This document shows positions 55,801-64,000 of a DNA stretch of 64,000 nucleotides, one piece after another. Below the pieces are notes generated by a model, which was given only the letters and a program-made list of their open reading frames with translations, was not told the origin of the DNA and ran no database searches. Source of the stretch: an uncultured Gammaproteobacteria bacterium (GTDB lineage Bacteria > Patescibacteriota > Patescibacteriia > Magasanikbacterales > UBA922); NCBI GenBank assembly GCA_964597575.1, contig CAZQXB010000001.1, positions 64,964 to 128,963 on the forward strand, in the 5' to 3' direction. A program made the position numbers and the translations under genes. How positions within the stretch are numbered: position 1 is the first letter of the stretch; every line of letters begins with the position of its first letter.

Positions 55801-57564
55801 ATGAAAAAAGCACTCACGATAAGCATTGCCCAAACCCTCTTTACCATTGAAGAAGATGCCTACCAAAAACTGGATGGATATTTACGTTCGGTTCGAGCCC
55901 ACTTTTCAGCTACTGAGGGCGGCGAAGAAGTGGTGGCGGATATTGAAAGTCGTATTGCCGAATTATTTCTTGCTTCGAAACGCGCTATTATTACGCTTGT
56001 CGAAGTAGATGCAGTAATGGTTTCTATGGGAGGTGTTGAAGATTTTGACGATGAAAAATCTTCTGGGCCAGAAATGAAAGAAAAAAAGACTGAAGAAGAG
56101 CGTGGGGGAACAAAACGATTATTCCGTGATACAGAAAACGGTATTGTGGCGGGTGTTTCGTCTGGGTTGGCCGCATACACCGGTGTTGATGCGCTTTGGA
56201 TTCGGATTCTTTTCATCGTGCTCGTTCTTTCAAGTGGAATCGGTATCCTGATTTATATTATTTTGTGGTTAGCGGTACCAGAAGCCAAAACTGCGGCCCA
56301 GAAACTCGAAATGCAGGGGAGCCCCGTCACCATTGAAAATCTTACCGAGAATGTAAAGGAAAAAATTGAAGACGTGAAGAAAAATCCCTCTACCTATTTC
56401 CGAAGAATTATCGAGGGAATTGTGGCAGTGATCGGGAACGTGGCTCGTGCTTTTGTGACTGTGGTTGGTCCTATTATGCGCTACGGTGTCGGTTTTTTCC
56501 TTGCGTTGTTTGGATTGTTTGCCATCATGGGTATTTCAATTGTTTCGGTTGGGTTTATTTCGGATGCCTTTGGTCCGTATGTCAATCCTTCGTTTCGTGA
56601 TCTTGTCTCACAAGGTTGGTTAGTGTTTGTGTACTTTACTTTTCTTGTTCCGGCCGTGTTTCTCTTCCTCTTTGCCATTGGTATTTTAAGAAAAAAACAA
56701 TTCTTTACTCCCGCACTTGGGTTTGGTCTCCTTGGGATTTGGTGTGTTTCAGTAGTCGGGATGACCGTATGGGGAATTACTTTTTCTGGGGAGTATCAGA
56801 AAATTTTGCGCGAGAGTCCTGAATACGCTCCCGTGTCCACGACATACAGTATAAGTACAAGCACCACCGGTCTTTTTCTTTCGGGGAATGAGCAGGTAAA
56901 AGTGATTCAGGGCGACGAGCGGAGCGTGCAAATTTCTGGACGCGCGTATGATATGAAAGGTCTAGAGATAGAAGAAAAAGACGGTCTTCTTCATGTGAAA
57001 AGAAAGCATTTTTCCGAAATCTGTTTCCTTTGTGGTACAAAAGAGATTGAAGTGGTGATCACCATGCCACGCCTTGAAACCATTGTGGCGGAAAGTGGTG
57101 CTGAAGTGATGATTGATTCCTGGAAAAGCGAAACACTTCTTTCTACCTCATTTCGTCTTGGTGCCGACGGGGTTTTACGAGGAATTGAGGCTCCCGAAAT
57201 TCTTCTTGGCGCAGAGCGGGGTTCAGATGTACAAGCGACGGTGTCAACCACACACGCAACACTTACCGCTGCCCATGGTTCAGACATTCAAATGACAGGC
57301 AGAGCGCAGATGTTGGAGGTAAGCGCCGTGCAAGGGAGTGATATTGAAGTGAGTCGTGTGGTCGCAGAAGAGGCAAATGCAACTGCAACGTATGGCGCGC
57401 AAATTGAGTTAGGGGAACTGAAAGTGCTTCATGCCTTGGCTGAAGATGGTGGAAGTGTAGAGTACGTAGGCGAACCCATTTTAACGACGGATGGAGATCG
57501 TTCTGGGAATATCTACCAGAGAGAAAAAATGGAAATTATTCGGGAATCGGAGAATGTGGAATAA
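55801..57564 (+). CDS. PspC-domain membrane protein with C-terminal beta-helix-like (DUF4097-like) region
   Basis: PspC motif LFRDTENGIVAGVSSGLAAYTGVDALWIRILFIVL. Multiple TM helices. C-terminal repetitive G(S/A)D(I/V)-containing beta-strand repeats. Downstream of padR. Confidence 0.75.
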   Translation: MKKALTISIAQTLFTIEEDAYQKLDGYLRSVRAHFSATEGGEEVVADIESRIAELFLASKRAIITLVEVDAVMVSMGGVEDFDDEKSSGPEMKEKKTEEERGGTKRLFRDTENGIVAGVSSGLAAYTGVDALWIRILFIVLVLSSGIGILIYIILWLAVPEAKTAAQKLEMQGSPVTIENLTENVKEKIEDVKKNPSTYFRRIIEGIVAVIGNVARAFVTVVGPIMRYGVGFFLALFGLFAIMGISIVSVGFISDAFGPYVNPSFRDLVSQGWLVFVYFTFLVPAVFLFLFAIGILRKKQFFTPALGFGLLGIWCVSVVGMTVWGITFSGEYQKILRESPEYAPVSTTYSISTSTTGLFLSGNEQVKVIQGDERSVQISGRAYDMKGLEIEEKDGLLHVKRKHFSEICFLCGTKEIEVVITMPRLETIVAESGAEVMIDSWKSETLLSTSFRLGADGVLRGIEAPEILLGAERGSDVQATVSTTHATLTAAHGSDIQMTGRAQMLEVSAVQGSDIEVSRVVAEEANATATYGAQIELGELKVLHALAEDGGSVEYVGEPILTTDGDRSGNIYQREKMEIIRESENVE

Positions 57565-57573
57565 AAAATAAGA

Positions 57574-57600
57574 AAGAGTCCCTGGCCGGGACTCTTTTTG
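57574..57600. terminator. bidirectional terminator between the pspC-like gene and 57632 gene
   Basis: GAGTCCC-tggcc-GGGACTC followed by TTTTTGTT. Confidence 0.55.
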
Positions 57601-57631
57601 TTGCGTGAGATTTTTTCCTTCAGTTTTCTAA

Positions 57632-58186
57632 TCAATTTTTTTTCTGTGGAGTAAGTCGATAAGCGACAACAATAAGGATGATTCCGGCTAGGGCCACACC
57701 TCCTACCATAAGAGCACTTGTTTTTGAAGTCTTATCTTCACTCGCTTTTGTTCCGTTTGTGGGCGAGTTCCCTGCACCAAGTATTTCCAAATCTTCCGTT
57801 GCGTTTTCGAGAAGGGCGGTACGTCCACACAAATATACTGCCAGATTTTTATCTTCTGTTTCTGAAGCATACACAAGATATGCACCTCCCTCGGAGAAGC
57901 TGTAACCGCAAGCTGCGCTATCACCCGGTGTCGTAAGACTCAACGTTTTTTGATCTGCCCCTTTCCAGACCGTTCGCACATCAAAAGAAATTTTTTGATC
58001 TCGCGAAAGCGCCGACTGTTCAATGTGCGTTACTGTTCCGGAAAACACTGCTGCCGATTGAGCTAAAGATTCTTGCGGAGGTTGTGGGGGAATACAAGAG
58101 CATGCTTTCGCGTATGTGGGAAAAATCGCAAAAATAAAAAAAGGTATGAGGAGAAGAGTGATGTATCGTGAGGATATTTTTTTCAT
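57632..58186 (-). CDS. hypothetical secreted protein with C-terminal TM anchor
   Basis: Signal peptide, CSC...C...C cysteines, Ser/Thr/Lys-rich linker and terminal hydrophobic helix followed by basic residues. Confidence 0.5.
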   Translation of the reverse strand: MKKISSRYITLLLIPFFIFAIFPTYAKACSCIPPQPPQESLAQSAAVFSGTVTHIEQSALSRDQKISFDVRTVWKGADQKTLSLTTPGDSAACGYSFSEGGAYLVYASETEDKNLAVYLCGRTALLENATEDLEILGAGNSPTNGTKASEDKTSKTSALMVGGVALAGIILIVVAYRLTPQKKN

Positions 58187-58394
58187 AGAGAGGTGTGAGA
58201 AGTATTATTGTACTCGCTGCTTTATGTACTTTAGCAAGAAGTGTTCGCTGTCGTCTACTCAAAATTAATATAAAACAAAACACACCCGGGGTAGGGTGTG
58301 TTTTGTGATCCCGCGAGACAAGCTGTCCGCAGAGTCGTGCCATACAGTATCATTGGTATCATGATACCGAAACACCACAGTATACGGTGTTTCG

Positions 58395-58467
58395 AGCGGT
58401 GAACCAGATTCGAACTGGCGACCTCTTCCTTGGCAAGGAAGCGTTCTACCAACTGAACTACCACCGC
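58395..58467 (-). tRNA. tRNA-Gly (anticodon GCC)
   Basis: GCGGTGG acceptor. Anticodon stem-loop CTTCC-TTGCCAA-GGAAG. T-arm GCCAGTTCGAATCTGGT. Discriminator U. Confidence 0.85.
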
Positions 58468-58520
58468 GTGCCAAAATCGGTCATAGAAATCGGCGTTCTC
58501 GTTGGTAAAGAGAAGCCTTG

Positions 58521-58593
58521 TTGCGAGACCCGGACTCGAACCGGGAACCTTCGGGTTATGGGCCCGACGAGCTGCCAATTGCTCTATCTCGCG
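58521..58593 (-). tRNA. initiator tRNA-fMet (anticodon CAT)
   Basis: C1.A72 mismatch, A11:U24, three consecutive G-C pairs in the anticodon stem (GGG/CCC). Anticodon loop CCCATAA. T-arm CCCGGTTCGAGTCCGGG. Confidence 0.75.
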
Positions 58594-58689
58594 ATATAGT
58601 AGGGAAATTGTTGTGAACACACAATATCACAGAAGCCTACAGTTGTCAAAGCAATTGAGGGGTTTAAGGCTCTAATGGAGAAAACAAGA

Positions 58690-58735
58690 GAAGCCAAAAT
58701 ATAAAATATCACCCCTGAAGGGCGATATTTTATAT
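58690..58735 (-). terminator. terminator downstream of tRNA-Gly(TCC)
   Basis: Hairpin ATATCACCCC-tgaa-GGGCGATAT flanked by A/T runs. Confidence 0.45.
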
Positions 58736-58738
58736 TTG

Positions 58739-58811
58739 AGCGGGTGATGGGAATCGAACCCACTTCTCCAGCTTGGAAGGCTAGCATAATAAGCCATTAT
58801 ACTACACCCGC
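58739..58811 (-). tRNA. tRNA-Gly (anticodon TCC)
   Basis: GCGGGTG acceptor. Anticodon stem CTAGC/GCTGG with loop CTTCCAA. T-arm GTGGGTTCGATTCCCAT. D-stem only 3 bp. Confidence 0.65.
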
Positions 58812-58855
58812 ATTCATTGTTGTGGAGAGAGTTTACCCTAGAAAACCCTACCTTG

Positions 58856-59332
58856 TCAACGCTTGTCGTCAATATTCGCTAAACGGTGGTCATCGGCAAA
58901 GAGAACAACGCAAATTAATACGGTGGCCGCGACTGCGGGTAAAAACCAACCAACACCCACCATCATGCCAACCGCAGTGACTGCCCAGAGGCCAGCTGCT
59001 GTGGTAAGCCCCTCAATGCCACCTTCTTTGTGAAGAATTGTTCCTGCGCCAATGAACCCAATACCCACGAGAACTTGGGCTGCAATACGGGCAGTATCTG
59101 CGCCAGGGAAGCCATAGAGCGACACAAGGGTAAAAAGTGTAGCTGCAAATGCCACTAATGCATGGGTGCGGATACCAGCCTTTTTGCCAACGTGCTCACG
59201 CTGCCACCCCGTGACACCGCCCAAAATGAGTGATAAGATCATTTGGCCTAAGAAAAATGAGAAAGGCATAAGAAAAGGAAAACCAAAATAATCATTTCGA
59301 TTTCTGTAGTATACTATAGTTCTCTTCTTCAT
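58856..59332 (-). CDS. MgtC/SapB-family membrane protein
   Basis: MgtC N-domain pattern (LILGGVTGWQREHVGKKAGIRTHALVAFAATLFT...GFIGAGTIL). Start uncertain (no SD). Confidence 0.7.
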   Translation of the reverse strand: MKKRTIVYYRNRNDYFGFPFLMPFSFFLGQMILSLILGGVTGWQREHVGKKAGIRTHALVAFAATLFTLVSLYGFPGADTARIAAQVLVGIGFIGAGTILHKEGGIEGLTTAAGLWAVTAVGMMVGVGWFLPAVAATVLICVVLFADDHRLANIDDKR

Positions 59333-59336
59333 TGTA

Positions 59337-60347
59337 GTGTGTATGTCGCATGTTCAGCATATTGCCAAACACAAAGATACGTTAACCGCCCGAGCACATA
59401 TTCTTCGGTATATTCGTGAATTTTTTTGGCAGGAAGGTTTTTTAGAAATGGAGACACCCCTTCTTCTCGCACTTCCGGGCCAAGAGCCTTACCTTTCACC
59501 AATGAAGGTGGCGCTTCACAATGAAGCAAGGGTTGCCTTTACTGGTTTTTTGCATACCTCGCCTGAATACGCCCTAAAAAAAATGCTAGGAGCGGGATTT
59601 GAAAAGATTTTTTCCCTTACCAAAACATTTCGTGACTATGAAAGTTTTGGCGGCACGCATAATCCAGAGTTTACGATGATCGAGTGGTACCGGGCCAACC
59701 AAACGTTCGACTCTTTGATGGACGACTGTGAAGCGCTGTGGAAATATATTGCTGAGAAATTAGAGGATCAAAAGAAAAAAGAATTACCTTGGGAGCGCCT
59801 CCACATGCGCGAGGCTTGGAAAAAATACGCAGAGGTAGATTTAGACATCACCCTTACTCGAGACGCCATGGCCGACGCATGTACAAAGAAGGGGTACCCT
59901 GTAGCTGAAAGTGATACCTACGATGATTTATTTTTTAAGATATTTTTAAACGAAATCGAGCCAAAGCTGGGGCAGGGGAAAGCGACCATTTTACACCATT
60001 ACCCACTTTCTATGGCCGCGCTTTCCCGAGTTTCCAAAGAAGACTCGCGTTATGCGGAGCGTTTCGAGCTCTATATTGGTGGTATGGAAATCGCGAATGC
60101 ATTTGGCGAACTCACTGACGCGACAGAACAAAAAAAGCGTTTAGAAGAAGAACAGAACTTCCGTAAACGTACTGGTAAGGACGTCTATGCTCTTGATGAA
60201 GAGTTTATTGAAGCGCTTCGCACGATGCCAGAGTCTTCCGGTATTGCACTCGGGGTCGATCGCCTCATTCAGATATTTCTTGAAAAACGAAATATTGACG
60301 AAGTACTAGCGCTTCCTGCTTCGCTTTTATTCAGTAGCCAAGCTTGA
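59337..60347 (+). CDS. epmA: EF-P lysine34 lysyltransferase (EpmA/PoxA/GenX), class II aaRS-core paralogue
   Basis: Class II synthetase motifs 1-3 with no anticodon-binding domain (FTMIEWYRA, GGMEIANAFGEL). Length 336 aa. Confidence 0.82.
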   Translation: MCMSHVQHIAKHKDTLTARAHILRYIREFFWQEGFLEMETPLLLALPGQEPYLSPMKVALHNEARVAFTGFLHTSPEYALKKMLGAGFEKIFSLTKTFRDYESFGGTHNPEFTMIEWYRANQTFDSLMDDCEALWKYIAEKLEDQKKKELPWERLHMREAWKKYAEVDLDITLTRDAMADACTKKGYPVAESDTYDDLFFKIFLNEIEPKLGQGKATILHHYPLSMAALSRVSKEDSRYAERFELYIGGMEIANAFGELTDATEQKKRLEEEQNFRKRTGKDVYALDEEFIEALRTMPESSGIALGVDRLIQIFLEKRNIDEVLALPASLLFSSQA

Positions 60348-60398
60348 CGAATGGGCTAAAAAACCCTACAATGGGCTGATTCATTTTGTATCTCTGTT

Positions 60399-61469
60399 AT
60401 GGCCTTATCTCTTGGAATTGTCGGACTCCCCAATGTGGGAAAATCAACGTTATTTAACGCACTCACCCGGAGCAAGCAAGCAAATGCACAAAATTATCCA
60501 TTCTGTACGATTGACCCGAATGTGGGTGTAGTCGAGGTACCAGATGCACGTTTGGCCGAACTCGCTCGTGTTTCTAGTTCAGCAAAAATTATTCCGACGA
60601 CCATTGAATTTGTTGATATTGCAGGCTTGGTCAAAGGAGCTTCAGTCGGGGAGGGCTTAGGAAATAAGTTTTTGTCACATATTCGTGAAGTTGATGCGAT
60701 TGTTCAGGTTGTTCGTGCGTTTTCTGGTGGAAACGTCATTCATGTTCATAACAAAGTAGATCCAACCAATGATGCTGAAATTATTAATCTTGAACTCGTT
60801 TTGGCTGACTTACAAACCGTATCGAAGAAATTAGACACCGTGAAGAAAAACGCCAAAGGTACTGCAGCGAAAGATGCTGAAGTGGAAATCACCGTTCTTA
60901 CTCGTGTGGAAGCCGCACTTTCCAGTGGAAAACCAGCCCGGAGTGTTGATATGGCAGAAGACGAAAAAATATTTGTGAAGCAGCTTCACCTTCTTACCTC
61001 AAAACCTATGATGTATGTGGTGAATGTTGATGAGCCAGGACAAGTACATAGTGTGCCAAAATTGTCTGACGCGCCTCAAGTGGAGGTGTGTGCGAAACTT
61101 GAAGCTGAACTCGCAGAGTTATCGATAGAAGAAGGAAAAGAGTATATGAAATCTCTTGGCATGAATGAAAGCGGACTTGATAAAATAATTGTTGCAGGGT
61201 ATTCACTCCTTAATTTGCTCACCTATCTTACCTCAGGCCCGGAAGAAACTCGTGCCTGGACGATCCCGAAAGGAACGCTCGCGCCTGAGGCGGCCGGCGT
61301 TATTCATACGGATTTTGTTAAAGGGTTTGTGAAGGCCGATGTAACCCCGTTTGATGCGTTTGTTGAGTTTGGTGGCTGGGCAGGGGTACGAAATGCTGGT
61401 AAACTACAGCTCGTTGGCCGAGATTATGAGGTGAAGGATGGTGATGTGTGCTACTTTCATATCGCCTAA
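60399..61469 (+). CDS. ychF: redox-regulated ATPase YchF (Obg-family GTPase-like)
   Basis: GLPNVGKSTLFNALT P-loop, TGS C-terminal domain. 356 aa. Confidence 0.92.
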   Translation: MALSLGIVGLPNVGKSTLFNALTRSKQANAQNYPFCTIDPNVGVVEVPDARLAELARVSSSAKIIPTTIEFVDIAGLVKGASVGEGLGNKFLSHIREVDAIVQVVRAFSGGNVIHVHNKVDPTNDAEIINLELVLADLQTVSKKLDTVKKNAKGTAAKDAEVEITVLTRVEAALSSGKPARSVDMAEDEKIFVKQLHLLTSKPMMYVVNVDEPGQVHSVPKLSDAPQVEVCAKLEAELAELSIEEGKEYMKSLGMNESGLDKIIVAGYSLLNLLTYLTSGPEETRAWTIPKGTLAPEAAGVIHTDFVKGFVKADVTPFDAFVEFGGWAGVRNAGKLQLVGRDYEVKDGDVCYFHIA

Positions 61470-61625
61470 AACGCATAGTTTTGACACATTTTTTCGTCAT
61501 CACTTCCGTTCCTCACTCGCCGTAGGTTTAACTACGCCTTGCTCCCGTACTCATTGCCCACTCGAATTGCATTCAAAATTATGCGTTTTTAATAGCATAG
61601 CGCACTACCGACTTTTTTATTTTCT

Positions 61626-62354
61626 ATGGTTCGTGAACAATACAATCCGAATTACATTCATCATCATCCAGAAAAAAAAAGCGCTTCAACCATTCGAGAA
61701 CTAGTATTTGGAATGGAAGATGGAATGGTTTCAACGCTTGGATCCATAACTGGTATCGCAGCGGCCACAAAAGATCCATTTACTACTATTTTGGCCGGAC
61801 TTGTTATTATCGCGGTTGAGTCAATTTCCATGGCCGTAGGCTCTTATTTGTCGAGCAAGTCGGTTAAGGACGTGGAGGAAAGAAAACTCATGGAGGAACG
61901 GCAAGAGCTCAAAGATCATCCTGAAGGGGAAAAGAAAGAATTGGTAGCCCTTTATGTAAAGTCGGGCTGGACTCAAAAAACAGCGAAACTCATGGCTGAA
62001 GAAGCATCGGAAAATCCGAAATTATTTCTTCAAGAAATGTCGTTTCGCGAGCTTGGAATTATTCCGAGTCAAGAGGAGAATCCGGTAAAAAACGGAATCG
62101 TCATGTTATTTTCGTATGTTGCTGGTGGATGTATTCCGCTCACTGCTTTTTTCTTTCTCCCTATCCTGTATGCTATCCCTGTTGCGATTGGAATAACCCT
62201 TATTGGTTTGTTTTCACTGGGAATGTATACCGCTTCTTTTTCCAAGCGATCATGGTGGAAGGCCGGAATTGAAATGGTTGTACTTGCGTCTGCTGCAGCA
62301 GCAGTCGGCTACGGCGTTGGTCAGTTTGTTGATCGCCTGTGGCTTCACGGATAA
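61626..62354 (+). CDS. VIT1/CCC1-family Fe/Mn transporter
   Basis: FGMEDGMVSTLGSITG motif and five TM helices typical of the VIT family. Confidence 0.75.
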   Translation: MVREQYNPNYIHHHPEKKSASTIRELVFGMEDGMVSTLGSITGIAAATKDPFTTILAGLVIIAVESISMAVGSYLSSKSVKDVEERKLMEERQELKDHPEGEKKELVALYVKSGWTQKTAKLMAEEASENPKLFLQEMSFRELGIIPSQEENPVKNGIVMLFSYVAGGCIPLTAFFFLPILYAIPVAIGITLIGLFSLGMYTASFSKRSWWKAGIEMVVLASAAAAVGYGVGQFVDRLWLHG

Positions 62355-62426
62355 AGAAAAAGTGAGGATAAAAAAGAATCACGCAATCGCGTGATTCTTT
62401 TTAGTTCATTTGAAAAAAATTTATTT

Positions 62427-63596
62427 TTATCGCGCCTTTTGTAAAAGGTACAATCTTCGTCCTACATGCTGATCAGGTCGGCGATAGAGGAGCGATTTTT
62501 TTCCAGGCAGCAATTCTTGAAGAGAAAAACCAGCTTGAGTGATTTCTGCTTCTGTTATGGAGTGAACTACGCCTTGCCGGTGAATGAACTCAGGAAAAAC
62601 AATAGCGATAAATGCTTTCTCTTTAAGAACGTTGCGGAGGGCTTGAAGTGCATCAACATATAGGCTTTGTAATTCCTTCGCTTGTTTCCGTAATTCCACC
62701 ATAGTTTCGTGGCCTCGGAGAGGCTCCCCGAGAAATGGTTCAGTAACGACAGCATCAATTGTGCCCGGAGGAATTTGTTTTTGAATTGCTCGAACATCGC
62801 TTTTGAATATTTCACAAGTCGCGCCAATGCCCTGCTGTTCTTTGACCCATGCTGTGTTTATTTTGGTGTCTTCAACTGCTTTTGAAGAAAGGTCGGCTCC
62901 AAAAATTCGCTGAACCCCAAGAGTGAGGGCTTCCATAAGGATGGTGCCGGAACCACAAAAGGGATCGAGAAGGAAAGAGCTTTTTTCTACCCTTCCGAGG
63001 TTTAACATCATGCGCGCAAGTTTTGGAGGGAGCATTCCAGAAGTAGCATCGCTTTGTGGGCGGCCAAAATCACGTGTCCCAAAAGCCTCAAATGGTTGAA
63101 GAGCGACCGTGCGGTACACCTTTTTTTGAAACACCGTAAAGTCGGTGCCAGATTCAACGAGTTTATTGTACGCAATGGAGGCGCTATTTTTTATTTCTAC
63201 TGCTCGAACAGAACGGCCAAGTGTTCTGAGGTGCTTTTTTATGGTGAGGGCGGTCGGAGGAGGGAGTTCGCCGCTAATTGCAAAGCTGAGTTTGCTTTCT
63301 TTCTTATGGGTGAGCAGGGCTTCGCTGATCGTCTCCTCAGGAGACATAGTAGAATCAATTCCCTCACTTATTTTTACAATACCACCCAGTCGATTCATAA
63401 GTTCTGCGGCTGGAAGCATTTTTTGGGTAGTAAGGAGGGCAAAAGAAGAGCCTGCGAGGGTGGGTGTTTCTGAAATATCAAAAAGACCGAGTACGGCAAT
63501 AAGTTCCGCTAGCGATATTTCCGGCTCGCGACCAAGAGAAAATAAGTATTGCATATGGTGAAGGGCAACTGTAGTCGCTTTCTGGTGTTCTGTCAA
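62427..63596 (-). CDS. SAM-dependent RNA methyltransferase, UPF0020 family (THUMP-like N-terminal region)
   Basis: Motif I DPFCGSGT and motif IV TEPFLG (NPPY-like) in the C-terminal half. N-terminal about 150-aa ferredoxin-like/THUMP-like region. Confidence 0.7.
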   Translation of the reverse strand: MTEHQKATTVALHHMQYLFSLGREPEISLAELIAVLGLFDISETPTLAGSSFALLTTQKMLPAAELMNRLGGIVKISEGIDSTMSPEETISEALLTHKKESKLSFAISGELPPPTALTIKKHLRTLGRSVRAVEIKNSASIAYNKLVESGTDFTVFQKKVYRTVALQPFEAFGTRDFGRPQSDATSGMLPPKLARMMLNLGRVEKSSFLLDPFCGSGTILMEALTLGVQRIFGADLSSKAVEDTKINTAWVKEQQGIGATCEIFKSDVRAIQKQIPPGTIDAVVTEPFLGEPLRGHETMVELRKQAKELQSLYVDALQALRNVLKEKAFIAIVFPEFIHRQGVVHSITEAEITQAGFSLQELLPGKKSLLYRRPDQHVGRRLYLLQKAR

Positions 63597-63608
63597 TCTA
63601 AAACTATA

Positions 63609-64000
63609 CTATATTTCGGGATTCACACTTGGTTGGGGGCTTACTGGGGTCGGAGGTCGGGGATTTGAAACCCCACTTGTTGCTTGAGGGGTGATGGATG
63701 GAGGGGCGTTTTGGGGGGCTGTAGTTGTAATAAGCATAGCCGACGTTGATGTGCTTGCTGGGTAAAAAGGGTCGTGGCTTGGCATTTTTGTTTGGGCCGC
63801 TGCTTTTTCTCGCCATGCTTTTTCCGCATTATCAAGGCCGCGAAAATCAATCACCTGAACTTGGAGAGGTTCGGTAATATCGAGGTTTTCGGTGGTTCCA
63901 ATAGGAATGTAGACATTTCGGTACAAAAAGAAAAGGGTAAAAATGGAGCCGAGAATAAAAAGAGTCCCAGCTCCAATACCGATCCATTTAAGTGTTTGGA
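63609..64000 (-). CDS. hypothetical membrane-anchored protein with Pro/Thr-rich tail (5'-partial; continues beyond window)
   Basis: Frame is open to the window edge (…KWIGIGAGTLFILGSIFTLFFLYRNV…). The ORF-track M at 63926 is a TTG. Confidence 0.45.
   Translation of the reverse strand, partial: QTLKWIGIGAGTLFILGSIFTLFFLYRNVYIPIGTTENLDITEPLQVQVIDFRGLDNAEKAWREKAAAQTKMPSHDPFYPASTSTSAMLITTTAPQNAPPSITPQATSGVSNPRPPTPVSPQPSVNPEI

Overview
This 64-kb window appears to come from a small-genome, moderately AT-rich (about 45% GC) uncultivated bacterium using the standard genetic code; a CPR/Patescibacteria-like affiliation is only a guess. Most of it is ordinary core chromosome. It carries the adenosylcobalamin-dependent ribonucleotide reductase gene nrdJ and a PduO-type cobalamin adenosyltransferase. 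It also carries ruvB, pgi, tkt and gdh, plus rpmH-rnpA-yidD, tig and lspA. The dnaN-dnaA-rpsT locus is present with DnaA-box clusters that look like oriC; holA-polA, efp and epmA, ychF and a class A PBP are also present. Eleven tRNA genes are present (Leu, Arg, Ala, Phe, Pro, Cys, Gly x2, initiator Met), many with a recurring TTGAC(A/T)-N17-TATACT promoter and clean rho-independent terminators. Several things stand out. (1) A family of roughly 110-135-nt structured elements sits in the trailers of four plus-strand tRNA genes (Leu, Phe, Pro x2, Cys). Each starts with an inverted copy of the host tRNA T-arm and ends with a direct copy of the tRNA 3' end plus a fresh terminator; two copies share a near-identical 66-nt core at distant loci. 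(2) A 2.6-kb AT-rich island lies beside tRNA-Leu and holds three uncharacterised genes. (3) A roughly 3-kb AT-rich cassette is bounded by 100-bp direct repeats with 20-nt iterons; it carries an IS1595 transposase, a retropepsin-like protease and small membrane proteins. (4) Two families of dispersed perfect palindromes occur, a REP-like or operator-like 24-mer and a 7-2-7 TGTTTCA motif. (5) Several noncanonical proteins are present: an alkyltransferase-like protein with PFHR instead of PCHR, a receiver domain with Asn at the phospho-site, and a Cys-rich lipoprotein with two CXXCH motifs. No CRISPR array or rRNA gene is present. The ORF track translates TTG/GTG starts as M, so several starts were re-placed on internal ATGs that have a ribosome-binding site.
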